Origin: Dehalococcoidia bacterium
Lineage (GTDB): Bacteria; Chloroflexota; Dehalococcoidia; Bin125
DNA length: 64,000 bases
NCBI GenBank assembly: GCA_963663895.2
Contig: CAXXRD010000002.1
Location: forward strand, 224,001-288,000
Direction: 5' to 3'
Shown: piece by piece, positions 1 through 10,486 of the stretch
Layout: each line of letters opens with the position of its first letter
Position numbering within the stretch: position 1 is the first letter of the stretch
Program-made: the position numbers and the translations under genes
Notes under the pieces: generated by a model
Seen by the model: only the letters and a program-made list of their open reading frames with translations
What the model was told of the DNA's origin: nothing
Database searches by the model: none

Positions 1-725
1 GCGATAGTGACGGCCGCCGTGTAAGAGCCGCTGTCGAGGACGATCGCCGGGTAGGTCGCGATGCCGCCAATACGGTCGACAAAGGCGGAGAAGCGTCCAT
101 CGGCCTCTATCGACGCTTCGATCCGATGAACTTGCTCGTCGCCGAGGTCGGGCGAGAGCAAGGGCGTTGTCAGCAACCGGATCTCGTCGCGCGGCGAGAC
201 GGCCAGTACGCGAGGGGGACGGGAAAGCTCAACCGCAACGGGCGGCCACAGGATCTCTTGGCCTCCAAACCAGGGCAGCGGACGAGAGAAACCGGCGGCG
301 CGGAAGGCGGCGGCGATGCGGCGCTCCAAAATCCGCTCGGCGCGATTCTCAAGGGCACGGCGCTGCGCTCGAAGGTCCGCGAGGGGGCTGGCATCGGCAT
401 CAGGAGCCCGCTCCAGTGCCCTAATCTCGTCACCGAGAGCGAAATACCGTTCCAAAATGCGGTCAGCGTCCGCCCCCCGGTCCGCCTGCCCCCGGATGAG
501 AGCACCGACCTCGCCGAAGAGGCCGTCGAGGAGATGCGCTATCTCGAAACGCCCGAGGCTGAAGTGCTCGCCGCTTGTCGCATCGGCGACGAGGTCATTC
601 GGCGATCGGGGCGACTGGCGGGTCAGGCCAAGGATCAGGACGGCGATCGCCGCCGCCGCTGCGATGGCAAGAGCGGCGAGCGGGAGCCAGCGCGCCGCGC
701 GACCACGTGCCCTGGGAGCATCCAT
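1..725 (-). CDS. Hypothetical membrane-anchored protein, runs off the window edge (partial)
   Basis: Manual minus-strand translation from ATG 725: MDAPRARGRAARWLPLAALAIAAAAAIAVLILGLTRQ... gives an N-terminal hydrophobic anchor followed by helical sequence; divergent from the RDD gene. Confidence 0.6.
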   Translation of the reverse strand, partial: MDAPRARGRAARWLPLAALAIAAAAAIAVLILGLTRQSPRSPNDLVADATSGEHFSLGRFEIAHLLDGLFGEVGALIRGQADRGADADRILERYFALGDEIRALERAPDADASPLADLRAQRRALENRAERILERRIAAAFRAAGFSRPLPWFGGQEILWPPVAVELSRPPRVLAVSPRDEIRLLTTPLLSPDLGDEQVHRIEASIEADGRFSAFVDRIGGIATYPAIVLDSGSYTAAVTI

Positions 726-783
726 TCCGCTGCGATCATACGGGTCCGCATGACCGCAAGGCCTATGATAGGAGCGGCCGCTG

Positions 784-1269
784 ATGACAAGCGCGGATGA
801 CTCGCAAGCCTGGATGCCCGCTCGACGCGAAGCCCGGTTCGTGGCGTTCGCGGTGGACGCGCTCTTCCTCGCCGTGCTGTTGCTCCTTTTTCTCGCCTTG
901 GGGGGGCTCGCGGTTCTGCTGCAAAGCGCATGGCTGGCGGTCGATCCGCCCCTGCATGCGTGGATCATCGGATTCGGAGTGGCGGGCTTGTGGCTGATCG
1001 CGCCGCCCCTGTACGCGGCCGTCGGGGCGCTCCGCGGCGGCACCCTGGGTGCGCGCCTGCTGCGACTCTCGATCACGAACGAAGAGGGCGGGGCCATTCA
1101 CAAGGATCGGGCGGTGGCGCGAGCCCTGTTGCTCTACCCCTCGACGTGGGCGCTGGGCTTGGGGCAGGCCGCGGCGTTCGCGGACCCGCTGGGGCGCGGA
1201 CTCCACGATCGATTGGCCGGAACTATCGTCGTCGAGCAGGGCGCCGGCGAGCCAGCGGGCGAGAGATGA
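784..1269 (+). CDS. RDD family membrane protein
   Basis: RF(V)AFAVD N-terminal motif, GGTLG..LLRL, RGLHDRLAGTIVV C-terminal motif. Confidence 0.85.
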   Translation: MTSADDSQAWMPARREARFVAFAVDALFLAVLLLLFLALGGLAVLLQSAWLAVDPPLHAWIIGFGVAGLWLIAPPLYAAVGALRGGTLGARLLRLSITNEEGGAIHKDRAVARALLLYPSTWALGLGQAAAFADPLGRGLHDRLAGTIVVEQGAGEPAGER

Positions 1270-2384
1270 CGGGCCGGGATTCCAATGGTCCTGCGGACGG
1301 AAGCGGCGCCGTGCCGCCGTTGTTCGATCCGCCTCGCCGCGAGTCCGCCGGCTCCAGGGCGCCCGCCCACGGGGGCGCGACGCGAGGCAAGGCGCCGGTC
1401 GAGGATCCACTCCCGCCGCTGCCGCCGCCGTTCGACGAGCCGCCGATCCAGCCGCCCGGCCACGAGCCCTCGATCCCGGAAACGCTCCCGGCCGAACCGA
1501 TGCGGCCATCGGAATGGTTCACGGCCCCGCTGGAGGAAGCCGGGCCGGACTGGTGGCGCGCCGTCTTGCGCTGGGGGGCGATTCTCTTGCTCGCCTTCTT
1601 CGCGATCGTGCTGATCCTGGCGTGGTCCGCGATCCAGATGACGGGCGAGGAGACCGGGCAGCGGATTATCCAGCGCAGCCTGTTGCCCATCACGGAGATC
1701 GACGACGTGCTCGACAGGGAGTACGCGGCCTTGGTGACCGAGGCGCGGCGCAATCCAGACCCGGCGACGACCATGTTCGTGCCGAGCTACCCGATCAGGA
1801 TCCCCATCACGGCGCAAGCGCTCGCGACGATGTCGCAGGGGGAGTTGCGCGCCTTCCTCCTCGGGGAGTCGACGAAGCGGATGTACGAGCAGGGGGTGAG
1901 CGCTTTCCAGCGCGAGACGACGAGCTTCAGCGGCGGTTTGCTGGGAGCGCGCGGGGTGCTGCGACTGACGGTGGGGCAGATCACGCGCGACAGCCATCAG
2001 ATCGCCCAGATCCTCGGCGGACTGCTGCTGGCCGCGACTGCGGTGCTGGTGGGCGCAGTGGTGCTGCTGAGCGATGGCTTCCGACGGATCCGCAACGTGG
2101 GCTTCGCGATCGCGATCGGTACGGCTCCGATGACGCTGGCGGTCGTGGGCGCGCGGTTCGCGCTGCGAAGCGCCGGGGATGACGCGGCCGATCCCTTCAA
2201 CGCGGCGTTGTTCGCGATCGCCGGCGACGTGATGTGGATCCCGATCCGCAATTTCATCATCTTCGCCCTGCTGGGGCTGTTGGTTTTCGGGCTGGGGATC
2301 GTGCTGGACCTGTGGCGAGATCGCATTGAGCGAACCGGCTGGCAACCGGCGCAAAGGGAAGGGCGGCAGAGGAGCTCGCCCTAG
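1266..2384 (+). CDS. Hypothetical multi-pass membrane protein with Pro-rich N-terminus
   Basis: ATG overlaps the RDD stop (ATGA); about 4 hydrophobic segments. Confidence 0.75.
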   Translation: MTGRDSNGPADGSGAVPPLFDPPRRESAGSRAPAHGGATRGKAPVEDPLPPLPPPFDEPPIQPPGHEPSIPETLPAEPMRPSEWFTAPLEEAGPDWWRAVLRWGAILLLAFFAIVLILAWSAIQMTGEETGQRIIQRSLLPITEIDDVLDREYAALVTEARRNPDPATTMFVPSYPIRIPITAQALATMSQGELRAFLLGESTKRMYEQGVSAFQRETTSFSGGLLGARGVLRLTVGQITRDSHQIAQILGGLLLAATAVLVGAVVLLSDGFRRIRNVGFAIAIGTAPMTLAVVGARFALRSAGDDAADPFNAALFAIAGDVMWIPIRNFIIFALLGLLVFGLGIVLDLWRDRIERTGWQPAQREGRQRSSP

Positions 2385-4441
2385 CAGGACCCGTCGAAGC
2401 GTTCGACGTCAACCTGGCAGTCGTAGAACGTGCCGCCGCCGCCCACGTCGGTGAGGAGGGGCGAGGTGACGTTGTTGACGGTGCCACGCCCGTCGGACCG
2501 CTTATCCCAATAGCCCCAATAGGTCGCGACCGCACCGGGCTGCACCCTGGTCGAGAGCCGGAGCGGGATCACGAACTCGCCCCGATCGTTGAAAACCCGC
2601 ACGCGGTCGCCATCGGCGAGGCCCTTGCGAGCGGCGTCGTCCGGATGCATTTCCAAAGTGCGCGCCGTGGCCTCCTGGCGTTGCATGACCGGCAGGTGCG
2701 TGTAGTTGGCGTTGACGGTGTCCTTGTGCTTGCGGGAGAGGAAGTTGAAGGGGAAGGGGCCATCCCGTCGCAGAGTCTCGTGCGGCGGCGTGAAGCCGGG
2801 GAGCGGGTCGAGCCCGAGCGCGATCAGACGCGCGGCGTAGAACTCCCACTTGCCGGACGGCGTTTCGAAGCCGCCTTCGGCGAAGGGCAGGAGATCGAGC
2901 TCGTCGGCCGTGTTGACGAAAGGCTGCTGGTACAGCTCGTCCTTGGAGACGGCGTCGGTGAGCACGTCGTCGACGAATTCGGTCGGCGAGAGGTAGAGCG
3001 CGGGCTCTTGGACGCCGAGCGCGCGGGCGAGGTCCTGGAAGACCTCCTGGCTGGTGCGCGACTCGCCGAGCGGGGCGATGGCGGCGCGGCTGTAGCTCGC
3101 GTGGTCGTGGCCGGCCGAGAGGACAAGGTCGTCATGCTCCAGCGTGGAGGTGGCGGGCATGACGATGTCGGCATAGTCGGCCGCGTCGGTCAGGAAAAGG
3201 TCGTGCACGGCGATGAAGAGGTCGTCACGCTGCAGGGCGCGGCGGACGGTGTTCTGGTCGGGCAGGGCGATCGTATTGAAGTTGTAGAAGTAGAGAACCT
3301 CAATCGGCGGGTCGAAGTTGGGGTCGAGCAGGTGCTCGGCCAGCCGCATCATGTTGACGACGCGCGTGCCGGGCGGGATCAGGTCGGTGCGGGCGGCGCG
3401 GTCCACATCCTGGGCGTCGGCCATGCCGCGGCCCCAGGACCAGTAGCCGCCCCCCACGTCACGCCAGGCGCCCGTGAGAGCGGGCAGGCAGGAGATGGCG
3501 CGGACGGCGGCGTAGCCGGCGCCGGTGCGTTGCACGCCGAAGCCGATGCGCAGCGCGGCCGGCCGGCGCGCCGCATATTCCCGGGCGAGCCGCTGGATCG
3601 TCGAGACGGGCAGGTCGCAGGTGCGCGCCAGATCGTCGAGCGAGAGGGCGCGCAGCCGTTCGAGGAGCTGATCGTAGCCGACGGTATAGCGGCGGACGTA
3701 ATCGTGATCGGCCAAGCCCTCCTCGGCGATCACCTTCATCATGCCCATCGCCAAGGCGGCGTCGGTGCCGGGCCGGATGGGGATGTGCTCGTCGCTGCTG
3801 CGTGCCGTGCGCGAGAGATAGGGATCGATGGTGATGACCTTGGCGCCGCGCTTCTTGGCCTCCAGGACGTGGCGCCAGACGTGCATGCCGGTGTTGAGGG
3901 GGTTGGCCCCCCAGAAGATGATCAGGTTGCTGTGCTCCAGTCCCTCCGGCGGGAAGCCGCCGATCAGGTCGGGGAAGTGCTCGATTGCGCCGAGGTAGGC
4001 GCCGTCGCAGATCGAGCGGTAGAGGATCGAGGTGCCCAGCACGTTGGCGAACCGCCGGTCCATGCCCCAGCCCTGGTAGATCCCGAGCGTGCCGGAATAG
4101 GAGTAGGGCAGGATCGACTCGGGCCCGTGCCGGTCGATCGCTGCACGCATCTGGCCGGCCGTGACCGCGATCGCCTCTTCCCACGAGATGCGCTCGAAGC
4201 GGGCGCCGGGGCCCTTCGGCCCGACCCGCTTGACGGGGTGGAGCAGGCGCTCGTCGGAGTAGACGCGATCGAGGAAGCGGTTCACTTTGCCGCAGAGCGC
4301 GCCGCGCGTGTAGGGATGGTCGCGGTGGCCGGCGATCTGCACGGCGCGCCCATCCTCGACGGTGACGTCCATCAGGCAAGCGTCCGGGCAGTTGTGGGGA
4401 CAGCCGACGTGGACGACCTGCGGAGCAGCCGATGGAGCCAT
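2381..4441 (-). CDS. Molybdopterin (bis-MGD) oxidoreductase family protein
   Basis: CPHNCPDAC...LC Fe-S motif, ADYADIVMPAT, C-terminal EMHPDDA...GDRVRVFNDRG molydop-binding domain. Confidence 0.9.
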   Translation of the reverse strand: MAPSAAPQVVHVGCPHNCPDACLMDVTVEDGRAVQIAGHRDHPYTRGALCGKVNRFLDRVYSDERLLHPVKRVGPKGPGARFERISWEEAIAVTAGQMRAAIDRHGPESILPYSYSGTLGIYQGWGMDRRFANVLGTSILYRSICDGAYLGAIEHFPDLIGGFPPEGLEHSNLIIFWGANPLNTGMHVWRHVLEAKKRGAKVITIDPYLSRTARSSDEHIPIRPGTDAALAMGMMKVIAEEGLADHDYVRRYTVGYDQLLERLRALSLDDLARTCDLPVSTIQRLAREYAARRPAALRIGFGVQRTGAGYAAVRAISCLPALTGAWRDVGGGYWSWGRGMADAQDVDRAARTDLIPPGTRVVNMMRLAEHLLDPNFDPPIEVLYFYNFNTIALPDQNTVRRALQRDDLFIAVHDLFLTDAADYADIVMPATSTLEHDDLVLSAGHDHASYSRAAIAPLGESRTSQEVFQDLARALGVQEPALYLSPTEFVDDVLTDAVSKDELYQQPFVNTADELDLLPFAEGGFETPSGKWEFYAARLIALGLDPLPGFTPPHETLRRDGPFPFNFLSRKHKDTVNANYTHLPVMQRQEATARTLEMHPDDAARKGLADGDRVRVFNDRGEFVIPLRLSTRVQPGAVATYWGYWDKRSDGRGTVNNVTSPLLTDVGGGGTFYDCQVDVERFDGSC

Positions 4442-4512
4442 AACGCCTCCAGCAACAGTGTAGAGCAGCGCCGGTTGCGGCGGGCGGCGGGAGAGGGTTC
4501 AATGCCTGCACA

Positions 4513-4587
4513 GCGGGAGTAGCTCAGCGGTAGAGCATCTGCTTCCCAAGCAGAGGGTCGCGGGTTCGACCCCCGTCTCCCGCTCCA
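4513..4587 (+). tRNA. tRNA-Gly (CCC)
   Basis: Full cloverleaf: acceptor GCGGGAG/CTCCCGC, anticodon arm TCTGC-TTCCCAA-GCAGA, GGTTCGA T-loop, encoded CCA. Confidence 0.97.
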
Positions 4588-4736
4588 ATGCCTCCTATGG
4601 ATATAGAGAGAGCGGACGGCCGTCGGGGCCGCCCGGGCATCGGGATCGGTGACCCTCTGCTTTCCCAGCACGCCGATGAAGCCCATACCACGCGACCCGA
4701 TCCACGCCCCGTCTGCCTCGTGCCCAGGCTTACCAT

Positions 4737-4791
4737 CCTTAGCAACGGCGCGATCGCTAGCAAAGGTAGCGTTTGCTAAGGGTTGCTAGCG
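4737..4791. repeat. Two interleaved 9-bp inverted repeats with TAGCAA core (possible integrase arm or regulator binding sites)
   Basis: CCTTAGCAA(4737-4745)/TTGCTAAGG(4773-4781) and CGCTAGCAA(4755-4763)/TTGCTAGCG(4783-4791). Confidence 0.55.
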
Positions 4792-4812
4792 GATCGGAGC
4801 CGCGCGGCGCCC

Positions 4813-5223
4813 TTACCAGGTAAGACTGTCCTCTGCCTCCTCCGGACGGCAGCGCGCGGCGATCGCGGCTACGTATTCCTCCGACGGCTCGGCCAGGGTA
4901 ACCGGCGGGTCGAGGGCGATCTCGGCAACGAACGCCGTGAAGGCCGCGCGCTGGGCGGCCGCCAGGGCGTGGAGGGCGGGCGTGAGCGGGTCGGCGCCGA
5001 ACACCGTCGCGACGACTTCCCCCTCGATCGCCAGCGCCCGGAGCAGGTGATGGGCGGCGCGGATGCCGTCGCGCAGGAGATCCTCCAGGGGTGGCAGCTG
5101 GGGCTCGCCCGTGTCGCCTGTGTCCCCGGGGACCGCCATGCCCCGCAGCTCCTCCGCGACCACGCGTACCTCCCGGTCGAGATACGGGTCGAGGGGCTCG
5201 TCCGGACCACTAAGATCGCGCAT
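4813..5223 (-). CDS. Hypothetical protein
   Basis: ORF with protein-like helical composition; no family recognised. Confidence 0.5.
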   Translation of the reverse strand: MRDLSGPDEPLDPYLDREVRVVAEELRGMAVPGDTGDTGEPQLPPLEDLLRDGIRAAHHLLRALAIEGEVVATVFGADPLTPALHALAAAQRAAFTAFVAEIALDPPVTLAEPSEEYVAAIAARCRPEEAEDSLTW

Positions 5224-5564
5224 TGCAGCGGATCGCACCGGACAGCGCCAGCTGGATCATCACCGACGCCGACGGGACCGAGATCACACCGGACGTATCG
5301 GGATGCGTCCCCGGCAGCCCCCGATCGCGCATCGCACCCTGATGCAGGACGACGACACGGCAGATGATGAGGAAGCGTGCGACGAGGAGTGACAGACGCT
5401 CCGCGCAACCGACAGCGAGGCCGCTGCGCTTGGTTGACAGACGGAGCACGGCCCCAGCCGTACCCAACCGGGAAGTGTCAGTTTCTCGACGATCCGAGAA
5501 GCCGCCTCGTCACTGCGGGCGATACTCTTCTGTAAGATGGTCGCGCGGCGGCGTGGAGCGCGGG

Positions 5565-5807
5565 ATGAGCGGGGACGACGGTCTGCGAAGGAAGATCCTC
5601 AGTGGGCAATCGGATGCCAACGTCCGCTTTGAAGAGCTCCGTTCGTACCTGTTGCAGTTAGACTTCACCGAGCGCGTCCGCGGAAGCCACCATATCTTCC
5701 GGAGAGAGGACGTCCGCGAGCTGATCAACCTGCAGCGCGACGGGAGCCAGGCGAAGCCCTACCAGGTACGGCAGGTCCGCCAGGCAATCCTGAGAAACCA
5801 CCTGTGA
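5565..5807 (+). CDS. hicA: HicA family toxin
   Basis: RGSHHIF motif, KPYQVRQV; directly upstream of HicB. Confidence 0.85.
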   Translation: MSGDDGLRRKILSGQSDANVRFEELRSYLLQLDFTERVRGSHHIFRREDVRELINLQRDGSQAKPYQVRQVRQAILRNHL

Positions 5808-5817
5808 GGACAGCCGG

Positions 5818-6030
5818 ATGCACAAGTACGAGATCATCATCTACTGGAGCAACGAGGACGACACGTTCGTCGCGGAGGTGCCCGAGCTTCCCGGTTGCAG
5901 CGCCCACGGCGATACCAAGGCGGCCGCCCTGCAAAGCGTCGAGCAGGCGATCGGCCTCTGGATCGATACGGCACGGGAGTTCGGCGACCCTGTTCCGGAC
6001 CCTAGGGGTGAACGCCTGATGCTGGCGTAG
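5818..6030 (+). CDS. hicB: HicB family antitoxin (short form)
   Basis: FVAEVPELPGCSAHGDT...AL...A...G.PVP.P typical HicB. Confidence 0.9.
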   Translation: MHKYEIIIYWSNEDDTFVAEVPELPGCSAHGDTKAAALQSVEQAIGLWIDTAREFGDPVPDPRGERLMLA

Positions 6031-6039
6031 AGGCACAGG

Positions 6040-6300
6040 ATCGGTGTCACCCCAGCCGACATCGAAGATGTCGCGCTGGGGTGGCTCGCGGCCCTCGGCT
6101 GGCCGATCGACGCACGGCTCGCGACGCTCACGCTCCGCGGCGTCGACATCGGCGACTTCTCCAGCCGTCAGACCAACTACACGGGCGTCCCCGAAGACGG
6201 CTTGCCGGTCACGACGGTCGTTGCGGAAGCGGTGCAGAACGGCGCGACGGTTGCGATCGATCCGCACGACACCGATGAGGAGACGGCGCGGCGTCCAACA
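6040..6300 (+). pseudogene. Chimeric remnant: type I R-M HsdR N-terminus-like fragment joined to a cadherin-like beta-sandwich fragment
   Basis: Start-less frame IGVTPADIEDVALGWLAALGWPI then DARLATLTLRGVDIGDFSSRQTNYTG...TTVVAEAVQNGATVAIDP. Confidence 0.4.
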
Positions 6301-6336
6301 CGAACACAGCGACATCCCGGTGTCCCCGCCCGGCCG

Positions 6337-7900
6337 TCACTCCCCCGGCGGCTTGGGCATGCTGTAGCCGACACGCAGATGATTGACGATGTACACGGGG
6401 TTCTTGGCATCGTCGCCCAGCTTCCGCCGGAGCTGCTTGACGACCGTGCGCACCAGGCCGTTCCTGCCGGGGTGGCCGGGGCCCCAGACGCGGCCCAGAA
6501 GTTCGGCGTGCGTCAGCACCGCGCCGGGGTTGCTGGCGAGCTCATAGAGCACGCGGTACTCGAGGTCGGTCAGCTCCAGCGGGCGGCCCGCCAGCGTCGC
6601 TCGCCGTTCGTGGAAGTTGATCGTCAGGTCGTGCAACGCGTACGGGCCGGCCGGCTGAGGGGAGTTGCCGCCCGCCCAGCGGCGCAGGACCGTGCGAATC
6701 CTCGCGACCAGCTCCGTGGGGGGAAAACGGCTTCACGATGTAGTCTTCCGCCCCCATCTCCAGGGCCCGCGCCACGCGCCGGTCGCCTCCATACGCGGAG
6801 AGGAAGATGACCGGCAGTTCCTTCAGCGCCGGGACGGCCTCCATGAGCTCGATGCCATCGGTCTCGGGCAGCATGAGGTCGAGCAGCACGAGCTGCGGAT
6901 GGTGCTCGTCGATGAGACGCTCCACGGCTTCCGGGTCGCCCGTCAGGAACGGCTCGAAGTGGGCCTGTGTCAGCGCATCGCGGACGTGGCGGAGCGTCTG
7001 CGGGTCGTCATCCACGACGAGCACACGAACCCGGCGCCTGCCCGCCTCGTCGTGTTGCGGCGCACGCTTCGGCATGACCGGCTCGCCGGGGATCGCGTTC
7101 GGTTCGGCGATCGGCAGGGTGAAACTGAAGCGGGCTCCTTTTCCTAGTCCCTCGCTCTGCGCCCAGATGCGGCCCCCGTGCGCCTCTACGATGCCCCGAG
7201 AGATGGCCAGTCCCAGTCCCGAATCACTCTGCCCCTCGGGACGCGCCAGCTCCCGCCGCGAGAACTTGCGGAACAGATGCGGCAGCTGCTCCTCCGCGAT
7301 CCCCGCCCCGGTATCGCTGACGGAGAACTCCAGCTGGACGCCCCGCAACTCGACGCGCAGGCGGATCAGCGAGCCGTCCGGGCTGGCGCGCTCGGCATTG
7401 GTCAGGAGATTGACCAGGACTTGCGCGATGCGTCGCCGGTCCGCCATCACCGGCGGCAGGTCCGGGGGCATGTCGATCTCGATGTTGTCCGTACCGCCTC
7501 CGCTGATGAACGACCCGCGGGCACGGTCGATCAGGTCGCGCACCTCGGCCGGCTCGGGCGAGACGGAGAGGGCGCCCACCTCGATCCAGGCCACGTCCAG
7601 CAGGTCCGTGATCAGCGCCTGCATGTGGTTGGCCTGTTCGTCGATGAGCCGGTGAAACTGGACCAGCTCCGCCGAGCCCAGCGCCAGATCCGAAGCGAGC
7701 AGGATCGCGGCCGAGCCCTTGATCGACGTGAGCGGCGCGCGCAGTTCGTGACTGACCATCGCCAGGAATTCCGCCCGCATCCGTTCCAGGTCCTCGAACG
7801 CGGCCACATCCTGCATGGTCACGACCACGGATTCGACCTCGCCCTCGGGGGAACGGATGGCCGTGGCGTTGACGATCACCGTCACGCTGCGCCCGTCGGG
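6337..7900 (-). pseudogene. Hybrid PAS-histidine kinase-REC-OmpR wHTH protein, 5'-truncated and frameshifted
   Basis: SHELRAPL H-box, NLLTNA, GLGLAI, VLVVDDD REC; removing one C of the C6 run at 6718-6723 restores [13 protein letters not shown] and joins the trans_reg_C ORF 6337-6636. Confidence 0.8.
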
Positions 7901-8299
7901 CGCCCTTGAGTGGACCCCGGTTGACCATGCGCCCAGGTGATGATGACACCGGGATGCGGGAGTGCTCCGGCGTCTCGTCCAGCTCCCCGGCGCTGCTGTT
8001 CGGCGGGAACCTTCTCCCGGGACGATGCGTATAGAGACTGACAGGCCCCCTGGAGTATGGAAGCGATGAGAGAGGGGGCGATGGAGATGATGGATGGATA
8101 GGAGCATGGCCTGCCTGAACAGGCGGGGTGGGCGGCGGTGATCGCCTTGGCCCTGTGCGTGACGACCGCCGCCCTGCTAGCGGCGTGCGGCAACGAGCGG
8201 AAGGCTCGGACCTAGCGGACCTGAGAGGCCGGCAGACAGTACGACGTTCGAGTTGAACGTTACCCATGGGTCTGAAGTCGAGGCACCCCGGAGGTCCGC

Positions 8300-9988
8300 T
8301 CAGGACTCGATCAGCCCATCCTGGGGCTGCGTCCAGGGCAGCTGATAGAGGGGCGCGAATTGCGGGGCGCGCGGGATGGGCATGTCGCCGAACGGCACGT
8401 CGATGACCACCGGTTCGTCGTGCGCCAGCGCCGCCGGCAGAAGGGTCGCCAGCTCCATCGGATCCGCCGCCCGCATGCCGACCGCGCCGAACGACTCGGC
8501 GAACCTGACGAAGTCCGGGTTGTGCAGGTCGGTTCCGTAGGCGCCGCCGAACGCCATCTCCAGATCGCGCGCGACGTTGCCGTAGGAGTCGTTCCTGAAG
8601 ACGACGGTCGTCACGTTGATGCCGTGCTGCACGGCGGTGGAGAGTTCGGACGCATTGAACAGGAACCCCCCGTCGCCAACCATGCAGACCACGGGGCGAT
8701 CGGGCTGGGCCACCTTGACGCCCAAGGCCGTCGGGAACGCGTAGCCGACGTTGAACTGATACCCGGAGTCGATGTACGTCTTGGGATGGTTCACTTTGTA
8801 GTGCGTGCGGGCGTAATAGCCGAATTGCGTGACATCCCACACGATGAATGCGTCCTCCGGGATGTTGCCCTGGATCGCCTCCAGCACCGGGTACTGCGGC
8901 TCCTTCAGCCTGATGTCGTAGTAAGAGATCAGGTTCCGGGCCGCCTCAACGCCCTCGGCGGGCGACGGGCGATCGCCCGCTCCGGCCTCGTGGAGCCAGG
9001 GGAGCATCGCTTTGATCGTCGCTTTCGCGTCGCCATGTAAGGGGATGGTGTTGGACTGAATCCGCATCAGCTCGCTGTCGTCGACGTTGATGTTCACCAG
9101 CGTGGCGGCGTTGCCCGCCGGGTTGCCGAGCGAGAAGCGCGCGCCGATCCCGATCACGACGTCGGCCGCCTGCATCACCTCGAACAGCTGGTTCATCTCC
9201 TGCCGCTCGCCCCGCGGGCTGAAGCAGGAGCCGTAGGAGAGCGGATGGCTGTCCGGGATCGTCCCCTTGCCGCCGCTGGACGTGACCACCGGGATGTTCG
9301 TCGCCTCGGCCAGCTTGACGAGGGCGTCCTCCGCATCTGATCGCGCCACCCCGCCGCCAGCGTAGATCAAAGGCAAGCGCGCCGCGGCGATCACACGGGC
9401 CGCCTCCCGCAGCTGGTCCGGGCTCGGCACAATCGGCGCGACGGGCGCCGGATCCCACAGCTCGACCTCTTCCCGCTCGACGCCCACCTCTGGCGGCACC
9501 TCGATCAACACCGGGCGCGGACGCCCACTGCGCATCTGTCTGAAGGCTTCGGTCACGGCCGCGGGAATCTCCCGTGGCCGCATCGCCGCGCGCCGCCACT
9601 TGGTCACCGCGCGCACCGTGTCGGCCTGATCCAGCACCTCGTGCACCGCCCCGGCGTTCTTCCCGATGGCGGCGCGAGGGATCTGGCCGGCGATGACGAG
9701 TACGGGTGAAGAGCGGGCGTATGCCGTGGCCAGGCCGGAGGCGGCGTTGTACAGGCCCACGCCGGGCACCACCAGCGCGACGCCCGGCTTCCCGGAGGCG
9801 CGGGCATAGCCATCGGCCATGTAGGTCGCGGCCTGCTCGTGGCGGGTTGCGATCAGGCGAATCCCCGGCTCGTCGCGCAGCCCCGCGACGAGCCCGTATA
9901 TCTGAATGCCCGGGATCCCGAAGACGACCTCGACGCCCTCCTTGACGAGGGATCGGGCCAGGGCTTCGCCGCCGCTGCACTTGGCCAC
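8300..9988 (-). CDS. Thiamine pyrophosphate-binding protein (acetolactate synthase-like family)
   Basis: VFGIPG, RHEQ.A..MADGYAR, GDGGF...N TPP-binding motif. Confidence 0.9.
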   Translation of the reverse strand: MAKCSGGEALARSLVKEGVEVVFGIPGIQIYGLVAGLRDEPGIRLIATRHEQAATYMADGYARASGKPGVALVVPGVGLYNAASGLATAYARSSPVLVIAGQIPRAAIGKNAGAVHEVLDQADTVRAVTKWRRAAMRPREIPAAVTEAFRQMRSGRPRPVLIEVPPEVGVEREEVELWDPAPVAPIVPSPDQLREAARVIAAARLPLIYAGGGVARSDAEDALVKLAEATNIPVVTSSGGKGTIPDSHPLSYGSCFSPRGERQEMNQLFEVMQAADVVIGIGARFSLGNPAGNAATLVNINVDDSELMRIQSNTIPLHGDAKATIKAMLPWLHEAGAGDRPSPAEGVEAARNLISYYDIRLKEPQYPVLEAIQGNIPEDAFIVWDVTQFGYYARTHYKVNHPKTYIDSGYQFNVGYAFPTALGVKVAQPDRPVVCMVGDGGFLFNASELSTAVQHGINVTTVVFRNDSYGNVARDLEMAFGGAYGTDLHNPDFVRFAESFGAVGMRAADPMELATLLPAALAHDEPVVIDVPFGDMPIPRAPQFAPLYQLPWTQPQDGLIES

Positions 9989-10219
9989 GGATCACCTGCC
10001 TCCACCGGGATCGGGCTCCGCAAGGAGGAACCACCGCCTGCGAAAGTCAGACGTCCTCGGCTTCTCTAGGCATTCACAATACGTGTTCTGGCGATTACTC
10101 ACCCTAGAGCCTATCTACATTCAGCACGAGAACGCTCCATGGACAGCGCCAAGTACGCAATAGCACGTTCGCTGTCATCACCTGCCTCTCTGCGTGTCAC
10201 CTACTGTAGGAGTGGCAGA

Positions 10220-10293
10220 AGCTCTGTGGACGAATGAAACGCCGCTTGCCTGGCAGGCGTGAGATCCCGGTTCGAATCCTGGCAGAGCCACCG
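10220..10293 (+). pseudogene. Degenerate tRNA-like sequence (apparent GGC anticodon)
   Basis: GCTCTG/CAGAGC acceptor, CT-GGC-AG loop, GGTTCGAATCC T-arm; mismatches in D, anticodon and T stems, ends ACCG. Confidence 0.5.
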
Positions 10294-10486
10294 CGGCTGT
10301 AGTGCCTTGACGCGGGTCGCCTCGGGGCGAGCGCCTACTCGGTGGACACGCGGTGGGCCGACACGGACTGTCCTGCGCACTTTCAGGCGGCCGGTGGCTC
10401 TAGAGACGCCGAGCCGCTCGGTACCGCGAGTCGGCGAGGGTTCGGGTCCTCGTCAGGGGTGACCGGCGACCGAGCAGCCACGCGTA

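Noticed and set aside
2645-4522. Long antisense ORFs (also 42619-44361, 47393-50818, 34404-35843 and others)
   Set aside because: Shadow frames of well-supported opposite-strand genes, expected in high-GC DNA
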